Shown here in pieces: positions 10,986-25,339 of a DNA stretch of 64,000 nucleotides (position 1 is its first letter; every line of letters starts with the position of its first letter). Under the pieces are notes generated by a model, which saw nothing but the letters and a program-made list of their open reading frames with translations, was not told the origin of the DNA and did no database searches. Position numbers and translations under genes: made by a program. Source of the stretch: Felis catus (Eukaryota); contig NC_058382.1 in assembly GCF_018350175.1 (NCBI RefSeq), forward strand, positions 8,742,001 to 8,806,000, written 5' to 3'.

Positions 10986-12795
10986 GGGGCGCGTGGGGGG
11001 CTCAGCTGGTTGAGCCTGGGACTTCGGCTCAGGTCATGACGTCACAGTTTGTGGGTTCAAGCCCCACATAGGGCTTTGCACTGACAGCGTGGAGTCTGGA
11101 TTCTCTGACTCTCTCTCTCTCTCTGCCCCTCCCCGACCAATGTGCGTGCGCGCTCTCTCTCTCAAAAATAAACACTTAAAAATATTTAAAAATAAAATAA
11201 AATGGGGATAATAGAGGGGGGCACCTGGGTAGCTCAGTCGGTTAAGCGTCCAACTCTTGATTTTGGCTCAGGTCATGATCTCCCGGATTGTGAGTTCCAG
11301 CCTCCACACCGTCAGCGTGGAGCCTGCTGGGGGCTCTCACTCTCTCCCTCTCTCTGTCCCTCCCCCACTTACTCGCTGTCTCAAAATAAATAAATAAACT
11401 TAAAAAAAATAAAAAATTTTATTTTTTAAAGTTTTTATTTATTTTTGAGACAGAGAGAGACACAGCATGAGCAGGGGAGGGGCAGAAAGAGAGGGAGACA
11501 CAGAATCTGAAGCAGGCTCCGGGCTCCGAGCCGTCAGCACAGAGCCTGACGCGGGGCTCGAACTCACAGACTGTGAGATCATGACCTGAGCTGAAGTCGG
11601 ATGCTTAACCGACTGAGCCATCCAGGCGCCCCCAAAATTTTTTAAATAAAATGGGGATAATTGAAACTGTCTCATCCAAGTTATTACAGGTATTACATTA
11701 AATGACGTAAAATGCACAAAGCACTTAGAATGCTATTTAGATTACAGTAAGTGCTACATAAGCATTAGTTGAAAATTAAATACAGCTTGTGGAGTAGCAG
11801 CCTGGTTCGGGAACACATCACGCACGCCATAGATGGAAGAACCTACTGACCTAATTCTCTTTGGTTCCAGATAAGCCCAAGTCCTTATGCTGGATCGACT
11901 CTGTGAGCCTGGATAAGTCACTGTCCCTGTCTGCAACTCAAGTGTCCTCATCAGCAAAATGGGGGCAACTATAATATATCTATCTCAGGGGGATCATCCT
12001 TATAATAACCCTAATGCAGAAGACGCACTTGATAAATGGAGTCTGTCATTTATTTATTTATAAATTCTATAAAAAAAATTTTTAATGTTTATATTTGAAA
12101 GAGAGAGAGAGAGAGAGAGAGAGCTCGAGCATGGGAGGGGCAGAGAGAGAGACAGAGGCAGAATCCGAAGCAGGCTCCAGGCTCTGAGCTGTCAGCACAG
12201 AGCCTGATGCGGGGCTCAAACCCACGAACCTTGAGATCATGACCTGAGCTGAAGTCGGACACTTCACCAACAGAGCCACCCAAGCACCCTTATTCTTAAA
12301 TTATTGTGTTGAACTTTATTTATTTATTTTTCAACGTTTTATTTTATTTTATTTTATTTTATTTTATTTTATTTTATTTTTTGGGACAGAGAGAGACAGA
12401 GCATGAACAGGGGAGGGACAGAGAGAGAGAGGGAGACACAGAATCGGAAACAGGCTCCAGGCTCCGAGCCATCAGCCCAGAGCCTGACGCGGGGCTCGAA
12501 CTCACAGACCGCGAGATCGTGACCTGGCTGAAGTCGGACTTCAGCTGGCTGAGTCGGCGCTGAGTCGGCGCTTAACCGACTGCGCCACCCAGGCGCCCCT
12601 TTATTTATTTATTTTGAGAGAGACAGAGAGCCTGAGCAGGGGAGGGGTGGAGAGAAAGGGAGAGAGAGAATCCCAAGCAGCTTCACACTGTCAGCACAGA
12701 GCCCCACATGGGATTTGAACGCGCGAACCGTGAGATCATGACCCGAGCCAAAACCAAGAGTTGGACGCTTCACTGACTGAGCCACCCAGGTGCCC
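10986..12795. mobile_element. Cluster of six CAN-SINEs in DHDH intron 4
   Basis: Plus copies about 10986-11200 and 11216-11415; minus copies about 11417-11633, 12076-12289, 12315-12598, 12600-12795. Confidence 0.85.
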
Positions 12796-13572
12796 TGATA
12801 AATAGAATCTGTTTTTAGAGCTACTAGTTAGCCTAAAAGTTGGCCAGATACTAGCCTGAGAAGGTTTTCTAGGGTGTGACCTTCACCCATATATATTTTC
12901 CTGGTTAGTCATTGCCTCCTGGGGTACTGTTTGCAAAGATGGCCGCAGAATTCCTCTCCTTACCCTGTGAGGGCCCCTCTGCAGTAGGACTTTGTAGCTC
13001 CTTCCATCAGGAGGTATAGTCTATTGGCTCACCTCTGAAATCAGGTGACGTTGGGCCATGGAACAGTAGCAAACAAGGGACAAAACAAAAGTTTGAAAAA
13101 TGCTTGCACGCTGCGCCCTGCCTTCTGTTGCACCGACAGCGTGCACGAGGCCGAACCAGCTAGCTGAAAAGACTTCGTTGATGAACTCTTTATGACAACC
13201 CTAGTACTATCTTCCTTCCTCCCTTCCTTCCTTCTCCACTCCCAACACGAGTCTCAAGCCCAAGACCTCGAGATCAAGAGTTGCATGCTCTACCGACTGA
13301 GCCAGCCGGGCGCCCCTACGACCACCCTATTGTCGACATTTGACCAGTAACCAGGACTCAGAGCCGTTGAGTCCCTTGGCTAAGATCACACAGCAATTCC
13401 CAGTGCAGAGCCTGCCCACACTCTCAACTCTGATCCTCTTTGACGTCAGGAAGAAAGTTCCTCCAGCTGTCTAACCTGACCGTCATGGGCCAGGAGACTT
13501 ATTCCCGGCTCAGGGCTCCCAGCGAGAGAGGATGACTCTTACCCCCATTGTATAGTCCGGGATAGACGGTAC

Positions 13573-13825
13573 CTGTTTCATGGCGCCTTCCCATGGCTAC
13601 AATCTTCTCTGGCTTCTGCCCACCGAAGACCATAGAGATGAACTGGATACAGTAGATGCCGATGTCCAGTAGGCCACCACCAGCCTGGGCCCAGTCTAAA
13701 GCCCGGGTGAGGTGGGTGAGGTCCTTCCCAAATTCTGCCCGAGCCACCCGGAGTTCCCCCAGAGTTCCCTGAGACAGAGTGGACCTCAGAGCTTCAGTGG
13801 CAGGAAAGAAGCGGGTCCAGATGGC
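13573..13825 (-). CDS. DHDH: DHDH exon 4
   Basis: [14 protein letters not shown]...[15 protein letters not shown]...GRRHET; Gfo/Idh/MocA GGxLLDxGxY motif; 253 nt. Confidence 0.95.
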
Positions 13826-14104
13826 CTGCACACCACAGGGGAGAGAGCAAGACCATTGAAAAGAAAGGAAGGGCGTCAGGACCCAGGAATTAGCCAACCA
13901 GTTCCTCTCCCTTCTGCAGCCCAATCTTGAGAGGGTCCCCGCTCCTCCCCACTATCCAAACAAGACCCCTCCCCCTTCCTTGCACAACCCATCCGTCCCC
14001 GAGTTGTGCCCCTAACTCTCCCTGGCTCCACCTCGCCTCTCCATTCCCGTAGGAGCAGCTCTAGCCTTATCTTTTCTCATCTGGACCATCACTCCAGTCC
14101 CCCG

Positions 14105-14460
14105 ATGTTATAGACTCAACTGTGCCCCCCGCCCAATTCGTGTTGAGGTCCTAACCCCCCAGGACCTCCCAAGGTGAATGTATCCAGAGACCAGGTTTTA
14201 AAGAAGTAATTAAAGTTGGAATGAGGTCATCACGGTGGGCCCTGATCCAACAGGAAGAGGTTAGGACGGCGACACACACGGGGAAGGCCACATTTAGACA
14301 CAAGGAGAAGACGGCCATCAACGAGCCAAGGAGAGAGGCTTCAGGAAAAACCAACTGTACTGATACCTTCCAGCCTCTGACTTCTTCTAGACTTCTAGCC
14401 TCCAGAAGTAGGAGGAAATAAATCTCTGTTGTGTAAGCCACCCAGTCTGTGGTGGTACAT
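14105..14460 (+). mobile_element. MLT1 (MaLR) LTR
   Basis: tgttatagactcaactgtgcccc...aataaatctctgttgtgtaagccacccagtctgtggt is typical of MLT1A/B. Confidence 0.7.
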
Positions 14461-15849
14461 TGTCTCCCCCCTCCGGTTCGGACCACCCCCGACCTGGCCC
14501 CAGAGGCACCTTTCCTTCTCCTAGAGTTGCCCCTGTCCCACCCCTGCCCATGGCTCCCCAATGCCTAATATCAATTCCCATTTACAGAGTATGTATTAGG
14601 GGCAAGACACATACTTTGCATAATGATTCCTCCCAATCTCCCTGCCAGGTAGCTATCATATGTCCCTTTTATAGCCGAGAAAACTGAGGCCCGGTTGGGT
14701 CAAATTACTTGCCCAAGATCACAGAGCTAGGAACTGGTGAGAAGTCTAGAGTCCTCTGACTCCAAAGTCTGTCCAAGGTCAAGTTCACACTAAATAGGTG
14801 ACATCTGCCCATTCTTGTCCTCTTTAAGTCTTAACTCTGCGTTTCCTCTCTGGCCCATTTCCCTGTGCAATTTACTTTTCCTTTAAGGCTCAGGTCAGCC
14901 CCTACCTGCACGAAACTTCCTTGACTATCCCCTACACTGGGCTGGTGCCCCCGTGCTGTGTCAACCGCCCGGTGCTGTATCCACGACAGTCCGTGCAACT
15001 GGGCATTGGGAGAGCCCACTTCTGTGACCGTAGCAGATCTGCAGCTCGTGGAAATCTGAGCCTGTATCTCACACCTAATGAACCCCGGCTCCTAGGGTTG
15101 GATCTGAAATGTATTAGGTGCTAATAAAAATGAGGAAGCAATAAATTCAGAATCTTAGCACTGTCCAGGCACAGTAAGAACCAGAAGCCCTGAGTAACCC
15201 TATCAAATCTTGACCGTCTATTTCTGAGGCATAGGGAACTTCGCAGACTAGGAGCAATATTGGGGACAGGGCAGCTAGATAGAACCTGGGGAGGTAAGAG
15301 GCAGCCGTTGCTACTACTGGCAGAACCTACCGCGAGGTAGCATTTAAGAACCAAGAGACTCCTTAACATGAAAATAGCTTCTAGAGGTCATTTGGCGGCC
15401 ATCTTAACTGCTGGCGCTATCCGTTGCCATTTGGCAGCCATCTTAATTACTGGCATTCTGCAAGCTGTCAAATGGCCCCTGTAAGTAGCCGTGTCTGATA
15501 AGGGCGAAAACAAAGGCAGTTTGACCTTGAGAGTTGGTAGGTGTGCCCTCGGCCTTCTGCCCACTATCCTTGGAAATCCACCGAAAGTAAGCCCATTGCT
15601 CTTCTGTGCCATTTTCACGGCTGGCATCTCTCTTTGAAAAGCTGAGCAAAGATCTTTCAGGCTGCCATGTTTGCTAACGGCCAAAAGCAATGGCTCTCAC
15701 GCCTCACAGATGTTGCTAGTAGGTTTCATGGCATCGCTCAGCCACGTCCGGGAAAACACACCAATCCCAGTGCACTTTGTGGACAACTTAATTCTTGACA
15801 ACCCCTGCCTTTGTGTTCTTCCAAAAACGTCCACTGGCAACCATGTTTA

Positions 15850-16080
<231 letters not shown>

Positions 16081-16571
16081 TCAAGAGATCAGAAGCCCTG
16101 CCCACCCCGGACTTCCAGGACCCGCCCCCAACATCCTGAGACCTTGGGCAAAGTTCTACGCCAAGAGGTAGATACCATTATTTTGCCCGTTTTACAGATG
16201 AGGAACCTGAGACGGGCAAGCAGGAGGGGACAATGCCAGCTGAGGCAGCTTGACTCCGGTCAGGCTGCTGTGCAACTACACTGTCTTGCCTTTCCATCCA
16301 GGCCATTGCAGAACACAGCAGCCCTGGCCCCAGAGCTTACTTAAAGCCTGAAAGGGCTCTCTTAGAAACTCAAGCCCCTCCTGGACTGGTCCCTAAATGC
16401 AATTTCGTACCAGGCCGCTAATCCCAGACCAAGCCCGTTCTTACAGTTCTGCCTGCCAGCCCCAGATCCTTCCAGAAGCACACAGGGATTGGCCCATCCC
16501 GCAGAGCCTTGCTTATCCTACGGAGCAGCCTAGCTAGAGGCAGCGCCGCGGGGCCTCGGAGGCCCTTGTCA

Positions 16572-16907
<336 letters not shown>

Positions 16908-17022
16908 CTAAATTTCTTCTCTTCACAGTAGCTCAGAACAAAACCCTCCCAAACTGGACGAAACTCCAGTTTCGGACAGAAGTGGAGAAAAGACTAGGGA
17001 ACCCTAACTCCCTCCTCCCTCA

Positions 17023-17400
<378 letters not shown>

Positions 17401-17535
17401 GGGATCAGAAATGCTTCATACCTCGCAGAGGGCGACTTCTCACCACCTGACATAATGGGAGGTGCTTTTTTTTCTTTTTGCTTGTGTAAACTCTATGCCA
17501 GATATAGGGCCCAGGGATCAAGAGTCTCATGATCT

Positions 17536-17766
17536 GGGGCGCCTGGGTGGCGCAGTCGGTTAAGCGTCCGACTTCAGCCAGGTCATGATCTCGCGGTCCG
17601 GGAGTTTGAGCCCCTCATCGGGCTCTGGGCTGATGGCTCAGAGCCTGGAGCCTGTTTCCGATTCTGTGTTTCCCTCTCTCTCTGCCCCTCCCCCGTTCAT
17701 GCTCTGTCTCTCTCTGTCCCAAAAATAAATAAACGTTGAAAAAAAAAATTATAAAAAAAAAAAAAA
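17536..17766 (+). mobile_element. Young felid CAN-SINE (SINEC_Fc type) with 16-bp TSD
   Basis: Full-length; flanked by aagagtctcatgatct at 17520-17535 and 17767-17782. Confidence 0.92.
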
Positions 17767-18039
17767 AAGAGTCTCATGATCTATGGACTGGGACAGCCAA
17801 GCGCCCCAAGAAGGGCTTTTTTTCTTGTCAACCTTCCACCCTTAGGGGCTGTCCCTATTCCTCCTTCTCCCAACTCTTTTGCTCAGAAAGCTGCCCACCC
17901 TTAGGAATTGTTCAGAGGGAGGGACAAGATAGTAATAGAAAAGATAAGAACCACTAATGTTTCTAGAACACATGTCGTGGCCCAGGCCCCCAGCTCCAGG
18001 CTTTACTTTCGTCATAAAAAAATAAAAATTAAAAAAAAA

Positions 18040-18373
18040 GTTAATTTATTTATTTAGAGAGAGATAGGATAAGCGAGCTGGGTAGGAGCAGAGAGGGAGA
18101 CAGAGAATCCCAAGCAGGCTCCACGCTGTCAGTGCAGAGCCGGAAGCAGGTTTGGATTTCACAAAGTCGGAAATCAAGACCTGAGCCCAAATCAAGAGTC
18201 AGATGCGCAACCGACTGAGCCACCCAGGTGCCCCTTACTTCATTTCTAATTTCTCACCACAGGTCTGCAAACTACGTTCTACTGCTCCCTGTTTACAGAG
18301 GGAGAAGCAGCCCCAGAGAACCATGGGATATGAGGGCTTGCAAATTGGCTGCTTCCAAAAATCATAGCTTATT

Positions 18374-18415
<42 letters not shown>

Positions 18416-18563
18416 CATGGGAGAGGGGCAGAGAGAAAGAGAACCCGAAGTGAGCTCCAAGCTGACAGCAGAGAGCCCAATGTGGGGCTCGAACTCACCA
18501 ACCGCAAGATCATGACCTGAGCCAAAATTGGACGCCCAACCAACTGAGCCACCCAGGCGCCCC
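18040..18563 (-). mobile_element. Two CAN-SINEs
   Basis: Reverse-oriented SINE bodies about 18040-18234 and 18368-18563. Confidence 0.8.
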
Positions 18564-19074
18564 AAGACTATAGTTTTAGAAACCAGGCTATACTGCTTCT
18601 TAGGAACCCTGGAGCCAGGCTGATGGGTCCCTTCTTGCCACTGCCTGACTGTATTGCTTTGTACAATTGCTTTCCCTCTTGGAGCCTCAATGGCATCTAC
18701 CTGCTGCAAACTGTAGTAAATTATATTCTTCAAGTCAACTGGCAGAGACTGGCCAACTTTACCCACAGCAAATCCGTCCACTTCTCTTGCCTTGTCGACA
18801 TTCAATTAAGATCTGACTTCCACAGACTCAGAGGTTCCAAGTACACACAAACTGCTGAATAAAAATATTAATGGATCGCACCGAGTACGTGAGATCACTG
18901 CTGTGATGAAGAAGAAAAAAATACGGGAAGATGGTCTTTGAGACATTAGTCCACCAGCTCCCCAGGTTGCCTGCTTCCTGAATAAAAAACTTCCCTTTCC
19001 CACCATCGCTTGTGTATCGAGTATTGGTTTTGTAGCAGCGAGCGGCCAAACCTGAGTTTGGAACCTATTCTCTA

Positions 19075-19500
19075 TCTGGTAACAATGGTGAGAGAGAACA
19101 GACCAGCGGTGTCAAGGGGTTAAAGTTTGGGGAAGCGTGCTGTTAGTAGCGGGTAACAGGAGGGAGTGTCCCTTGTAGGGATGAAACATTTCTGTATCCT
19201 GATTGTGGCAATGGATACTGGAATATTCACATTTGATAAAGTTTCATAGAACTGTATACCAGACATTTTGAAAGTGCATGTAAACCCAAAGAAATGCTGG
19301 AAAAATCCAAATCAGATCTGTACCTGATTAAACAATGTAGCCATGTCAATTTCTGGCTTCCACAATGCACTGTATTTACCTAAGATATCATCCACATGGT
19401 GGGGTTTGAGGGGCAAGCTAGGTGTAGGGTACGAAAGGACTGTCTGTACTAGTTCTGTAAGTTCTTAAACAGTTTCAGAATAAGATGTTATGACTTAAAA
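19075..19500 (+). mobile_element. Old L1 (L1MC/ME-like) 3' fragment
   Basis: gatgaaacatttctgtatcctgattgtggcaatggatac... typical L1 3'UTR; ends approximate. Confidence 0.55.
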
Positions 19501-20056
19501 TTGTTGGCAGTGAGTTCGTGTGCCCAGAGGAATCATTTTTGCAATACCTGGTCAAGAAAAAAATAAGGGTATCTTCATGGTCCAGTGATCTCTGTTGTGG
19601 GTGGAAGATACATACCCGTGAGAAACTGTCAAACTTGCGCTTGAGATGTAAGCACGTTTACTGCAACATCGAGTGTCACAGCTCAAAACTGGGAACGGCC
19701 ATCAGTAGAAAAACGTATGACTAAATGGTGGGAAATTTAACAACAGAAAGAAATCTCATCGCAAGAAATCTCAAGAACTTAAACTTCACTGAAAAAAAAA
19801 AAAAATCAAGGGACATCACAGAGATATAGCCCATGCACTGAACCGTGTCGGCTGTGTTTAACTTAATTCATAATTGAGTTTGGAAAAATCACCGACCTGG
19901 GACGGGAACCTGGTGCTCAGCAGGTCAGGCACCTTCTATTCCTGGGAGGCAGGCCACGAGTGTTAAGCACATGACTGCATTTCTGGGACCCAGAGCGAGA
20001 GCCAGGAGATTAACAAAGGGCGTAAGACAAAGTGAAATTTAAAGCAGAGCATTAAA

Positions 20057-20268
20057 GGGCGCCTGGGTGGCGCAGTCGGTTAAGCGTCCGACTTCAGCCA
20101 GGTCGCGGTCTGCGAGTTGGAGCCCCGCGTCAGGCTCTGGGCTGATGGCTCGGAGCCTGGAGCCTGTTTCCGATTCTGTGTCTCCCTCTCTCTCTGCCCC
20201 TCGCCCGTTCATGCTCTGTCTCTCTCTGTCCCAAAAATAAATAAACGTTAAAAAAAATAAAATAAAAT
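20057..20268 (+). mobile_element. Young felid CAN-SINE with TSD aaagcagagcattaaa
   Basis: Full-length, TSD on both sides. Confidence 0.9.
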
Positions 20269-20399
20269 AAAGCAGAGCATTAAAATAAACAAATAAATAA
20301 ATAAGCGAAATAGAGGCAGAGCATCAGTGAATAAAAAGTTCATTCTCTCTCCCTTTTTTTATGTTTATTTCTTTATTTTGAGGGAGAGAGAGTGGGAGG

Positions 20400-20435
<36 letters not shown>

Positions 20436-21112
20436 CCTAAGCAGGCTCTCCACTGTCACATCAGAACCCAATGCTGGGCTCGATCTCATGAACCGTGAGA
20501 TCACTACCTAAGCTGAAACCAAGAGTAGGAGGCTTGACCTACTGAGCCATGCTGGCACCACGAACCCATTCTCTTGATGTCTGCTGACAAGGGCTGCTTG
20601 ACTGGGCTCAGGCTGCCACACTGTGGGGGCTGTAATCTTAGAAAGACACCCACCTCCTAGCTCTCTTATTCTCTTTATAGAGTCAAGAGAAACAGTGGTG
20701 TTGGAAGTGTGGCAAATGCAGCCCGAGCTTGGGCACCAGCACTTTCCGGGACTTGCTGGAAACATCACGTACAGACCTTGGAGGAAGTTGAAGTCGTGAC
20801 CCTGTCCCAGTCAGCTCATAGCCAGGAGTTCCAGAGAGAGCCTCCAGGATCGTTCCACAGACAGTCCTCCCGACAGAACACACATATTTGTTGAGCATCT
20901 AATTTGTTCTGGGTCCTGAGGACACATCAGAAATGAGACAGACTCTCTCGGTCTTCACTCAGCTATCAGTCCGGTGGAATTGATAGTGTGGGGAACAGCA
21001 TGACCAAGAGCTCTAAGGTGGAAAAGAGCCGGTTGTGTTCCAAGAGCTGAAACTGGGCCAGTGTGGTTGAAGAAAAAAGACGGTGGGCAAGTGGGATGGA
21101 AAACAGGATGAG

Positions 21113-21350
21113 GGGGCGCCTGGGTGGCGCAGTCGGTTAAGCGTCCGACTTCAACCAGGTCACGATCTCGCGGTCCGTGAGTTCGAGCCCCGCGTCAGGC
21201 TCTGGGCTGATGGCTCGGAGCCTGGAGCCTGTTTCCGATTCTGTGTCTCCCTTTCTCTCTGCCCCTCCCCCGTTCATGCTCTGTCTCTCTCTGTCCCAAA
21301 AATAAATAAACGTTGAAAAAAAAATTTTTTTAATAAAAAAAAAAAAGAAA
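21113..21350 (+). mobile_element. Young felid CAN-SINE with TSD gaaaacaggatgaggg
   Basis: Full-length, TSD on both sides. Confidence 0.9.
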
Positions 21351-21619
21351 GAAAACAGGATGAGGGACGCAGGCAGGGGCGGAGTCATGAAGGGCTTGGA
21401 GAGGACACGAGAGGGCTCTCAGCAGGAGCAGGGGCAAAGATCTAATGTGGGCAGCTTTCTTGTTTCAGCACGTACCACTGGCCTGACTCCCATATTCATT
21501 CAGCAAACATTTTTTACTCTTGACTTGGCCCTGTGCTGGTTGATGGTGGGTACCCAGGGATGGTGGGTACCCAGTGAGTACCAGGGTACTCACTCCACTT
21601 CCTGCTGCCCTCCAGTCGG

Positions 21620-22030
21620 GGAAAGAGACACGCCCACCCCCTAAGCCCCCCCCCCCCCCCCCCCCCCCCCCGCACAAAGATGTTCACGCTCTGATCACCA
21701 GAACTTGTGAATAACGTGACCTTAGGTGGTAAAAGAGATTTGGCAGTTGGGACTGTTAAGGCTCTGGGGATGGGGAGATTATTCCGGCTTTTGTGGTGGG
21801 CTCACTGTAATCACAAAGATCCTGGCAGGGAACTCAATCAGAGAAGATGTGACAACAAAAGAGAGTAAGGGATTTGATGGGGCACCTGGGTGGCTGGGGG
21901 CGGGGCGGGGGGGGACGGGGAGTCGGTGTTAAGCGTCCGACTTTTGATGTCGGTTGAGGTCATGATCTCTCGGTTTGTGAGGCTGCTTGGGATGCTGTTT
22001 CCCTCTCTCTCTGCCCTTCCCCCGCTCATG

Positions 22031-22063
<33 letters not shown>

Positions 22064-22355
22064 ATAAATAAATATTTTTTAAATCTTTGAAAAAGCTGTG
22101 CTGCTGGCTTTGAAGCTGGAGTCCGGAAGCGGCCATCAGCCAAGGAATGCAGGCGCCTATAGAAGCTGGAAAAACAAGGAAACAGATGCTCCCCTAGAAC
22201 TTCCAGAAGGAATGCAGCCCGGCAGACATCTTGATCTTAACTAAGGAAGACGCATTTTATACTTCTGACCTCCAGAACTGCGAGATGATACATTCCTGCT
22301 TTAAGCCATGAAGTTTGTGTTACTTTGTTGTAGCTGCAATAGGAAACTAATACAC
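21620..22355 (+). mobile_element. MLT1D-like MaLR LTR interrupted by a CAN-SINE
   Basis: agccaaggaatgcaggcgcc...ctgacctccagaactg...gaaactaataca end motif; SINE about 21879-22080. Confidence 0.65.
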
Positions 22356-22504
22356 AGCTCCAGACCTTGTAACCAATACACAACCCTGGACACCTGCCAT
22401 ATGGTGGAAACACTAGGCAGTGTAGAGGCGGGTGGGGGGAGTGGGGCTACCCTTAGCTCAACCTGGGGACCAGGGAAGGCTGGGCAGATTGATGCCCGAA
22501 CTGA

Positions 22505-23389
22505 TTTTTAATTTTTTTATTATTATTTTTTAATGTTTTATTTTATATTTGAGAGAAAGACGGAGACAGAGACAGAGAGTGAGCAGGGGAGGGGGCAGAG
22601 AGACCCCCAACCCCCCAGAATCTGAAGCAGGCTCCAGGCTCCATGCTGTTAGCACCTCGCCTGGTGCAGAGCTCGAACTCACGAGCCGTGAGATCATGAC
22701 CTGAGCTGAAGTCAGACACTTAATCAACCGAGCCACCCAGGCGTCCCCCAAACTGATTTTTTTTTTTTAAAGTAGTATTCATGCCCAGCATGGAGAGCCC
22801 AACACCGGGCTTGAACCCATGACCCTGAGATCAAGAGACACTTAACTGACTGAGCCACCCGGGTGTCCCTGCATTTTGAAAGATTTTGGTGGAGGTTTAG
22901 AAGGAATAGAAGGAGAGATGGCATTCCAGAGGAAACAACTCTTTCCAGCAAGAGAAAGCTGGATCATTCAGAAGTGAGAGCCTGGGGGCGCCTGGCCGGC
23001 ACCTTAGGTAGAGCCCGCGAGGACTCTTGATCTTGGGGTCATTGAGCTGAAGCTCTTTTAAGCAGAGCTTACTTAAAAAAAAATAAAGTAAGTGAGAGTC
23101 TGGAACCCAGGATGGGAGTGGGTAAAATGAGTGAAAGATAAACCTGGAGGGGTCAACTGGGCCATTTGGGAAGGGTCAGGAGCTCGCCCGGCAGGCGATG
23201 GAGTGTGAAGGTGAGAGCAAAGGAGGTGAGGAATAGGGTCTTACTTAAGTGTTAAAAAAAAAACACCGATGAAATCAAAGGTCACACAGAAACTGTCAAC
23301 CACGTAACAGACGGGTGGGCAGCATGGCAGGAAGAGAGCAGAGCATTTATTCATTAATTCATTTATTTAAAAAATTTTTTAAAAATATT

Positions 23390-23424
<35 letters not shown>

Positions 23425-25225
23425 TTTTGAGAGAGAGAGAGAGACAGAGCGTGAGCAGGGGTGGGGCAGACAGAGAGGGAGTCACAGAATCCGAAGCAGG
23501 CTCCAGGCTCCGAGCTGTCAGCACAGAGCCCGACGCGGGGCTCGAACCCACAAACCACGAGATCATGACCTGAGCCGAAGTCGGTCACCCAACTGACTGA
23601 GCCACCCAGGCGCCCCAAAAAAATTTTTAATATTTTATTTCTTTATTTATTTATTTTATTTTTTTTTTGAGAGAGAGAGAGAGACAGAGCGTGAGCAGGG
23701 GAGGGGCAGAGAGAGAGGGAGTCACAGAATCCGAAGCAGGCTCCAGGCTCCGAGCTGTCAGCCCAGAGCCCGACGTGGGGCTCAAACCCACGAACCACGA
23801 GATCATGACCTGAGCCAAAGTCAGACGCTTAACCGACTGAGCCACCCAGGCGCCCCTATTCATTAACTCATTTAAAAAAAAATTTTTTTTTTTTTAAAGT
23901 GATCTCTGTGCCCAACATGGGGCTTGAACTCACGATCCTGAGATCAAGAGTTCCATGCTCTGATTGAGCCAGCCAGACACCCCTCATTAACTCACTTATT
24001 CACCAGATTTTTGTTTTTTTTTTTTAAGCACAGATTCAGTGCCCAAGAGAACTTAACATGATGCTTCAGAACATGAACTTTGGATCCAGCCTGCCAGTGT
24101 TCCAATCCCAGCCCTGCCACTGGCCAGAAGCCACTTGGCTTTCTCTTGTTAGCTTCATCTGTAGAATCGGGTTGATGAGGGTAATTACCTCGCAGGGTTT
24201 TTACGAAGAGGAAATGAACTGCTATTTATAACGGGGGCTCCCGGGGGCTCCGATGGTTAAGCGTCTGACTCTTGGTTTTGGCTCAGGTCATGAGCTCACC
24301 GCTTGTGGGTTCGAGCCCGGCCTGAGGCGCTGCCCTGGCAGCTCGGAGGCCGCAGCCCGGAGCCTCCTTTGGATTCTGCGTCTTCGGATTCTGCGCAAGA
24401 GGAGTGGAGCCCCACATCTACTACAGCGGAAACTAGGACATTGGGAGAACGTGGTTCCCTGCAGGCCCCGGAGCCACCCTACCTTGGGACGTCTTGTGTT
24501 GGGAGATAATACTTTCCCTAGGCTCAGTGCAGAGCCCTATGTGGGGCTCGAACTCACAAATGGTGAGATCATGACCTGAGCCAAGACCAAGAGTCAGACG
24601 CTTAACGGACTGTGCCATCCAGGCGCCCCTTTTCTAAGCTTTGCGGTCCTTGTGACTGAGATCCTCCTGAAAGGTGTGTGTGTGTGTTCACACTGGACAC
24701 ATCAGGAGAGGACAAAAAGATGCCAGGATGTGGCCGCTCAGATATTATGCTTGAATTGAATTTTAATGAGGAAGACTTGAGGCGCCTGCTTGGCTTAGCG
24801 GGTTAAGCATCTGACTCTCGGTTTCCGCTCAGGTCATGATGTCACGGTTTGGGAGTTCGAGCCCCACATCGGGCTCTGCACTGACCGCAGGGAGCCTGCT
24901 TGGGATTCTCTGCCTCCTCTCTCTCTCTGCCCCTCCCTGCCTTGTGCTGTCTCTCAAAAATAAATGAACTTTAAAAAGAAAATAAAACAGGGGCATCCGG
25001 GTGGCTTAGTCGGTTAAGCGTCCGACTTCGGCTCAGGTCATGACCTCGCGGTTTGCGAGTTCGAGCCCTGTGTCGGACTCTGTGCCGACAGCTCGGAGCC
25101 TGGAGCCCGCTTCGGATTCTGTGTCTCCCTCTTTCTCTGCCCCTCCCCTGCTCGTGCTCTGTCTCTCTCTACCTCTCAATAATAAATAAACGTTTAAAAA
25201 AAAAAAGTTAAAAAGTAAAATAAAA
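22505..25225. mobile_element. Dense CAN-SINE cluster between DHDH and the NUCB1 3' end
   Basis: At least nine full or partial SINE bodies in both orientations. Confidence 0.85.
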
Positions 25226-25333
25226 CGACTTAAAAAAAAAAGAATGAGGAGGACTTTAGCAGGTGAATTGGGGATGGGGCTTCAGAGGGAACAGTATATG
25301 CAAAGACACAGAGGCATACGTTGTTCCAGAAAG

Positions 25334-25339
25334 TGTATT
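25334..25339 (-). terminator. NUCB1: Probable NUCB1 variant polyadenylation signal AATACA
   Basis: Variant hexamer about 790 nt past the stop, followed by a GU/U-rich tract; I saw no AATAAA between it and the stop. Confidence 0.55.

Noticed and set aside
12530-12575. Internal duplication (gctgagtcggc twice) inside a SINE head
   Set aside because: Most likely local slippage or an assembly artefact, with no functional indication.
17536-17620. tRNA-like A/B box sequences
   Set aside because: They are tRNA-derived SINE heads followed by CT linkers and A tails, not tRNA genes.
21646-21671. Long C/G homopolymers (also 51385-51404 and 59232-59258) as G-quadruplex elements
   Set aside because: Homopolymer lengths are unreliable in assemblies and such runs are frequent throughout this window.
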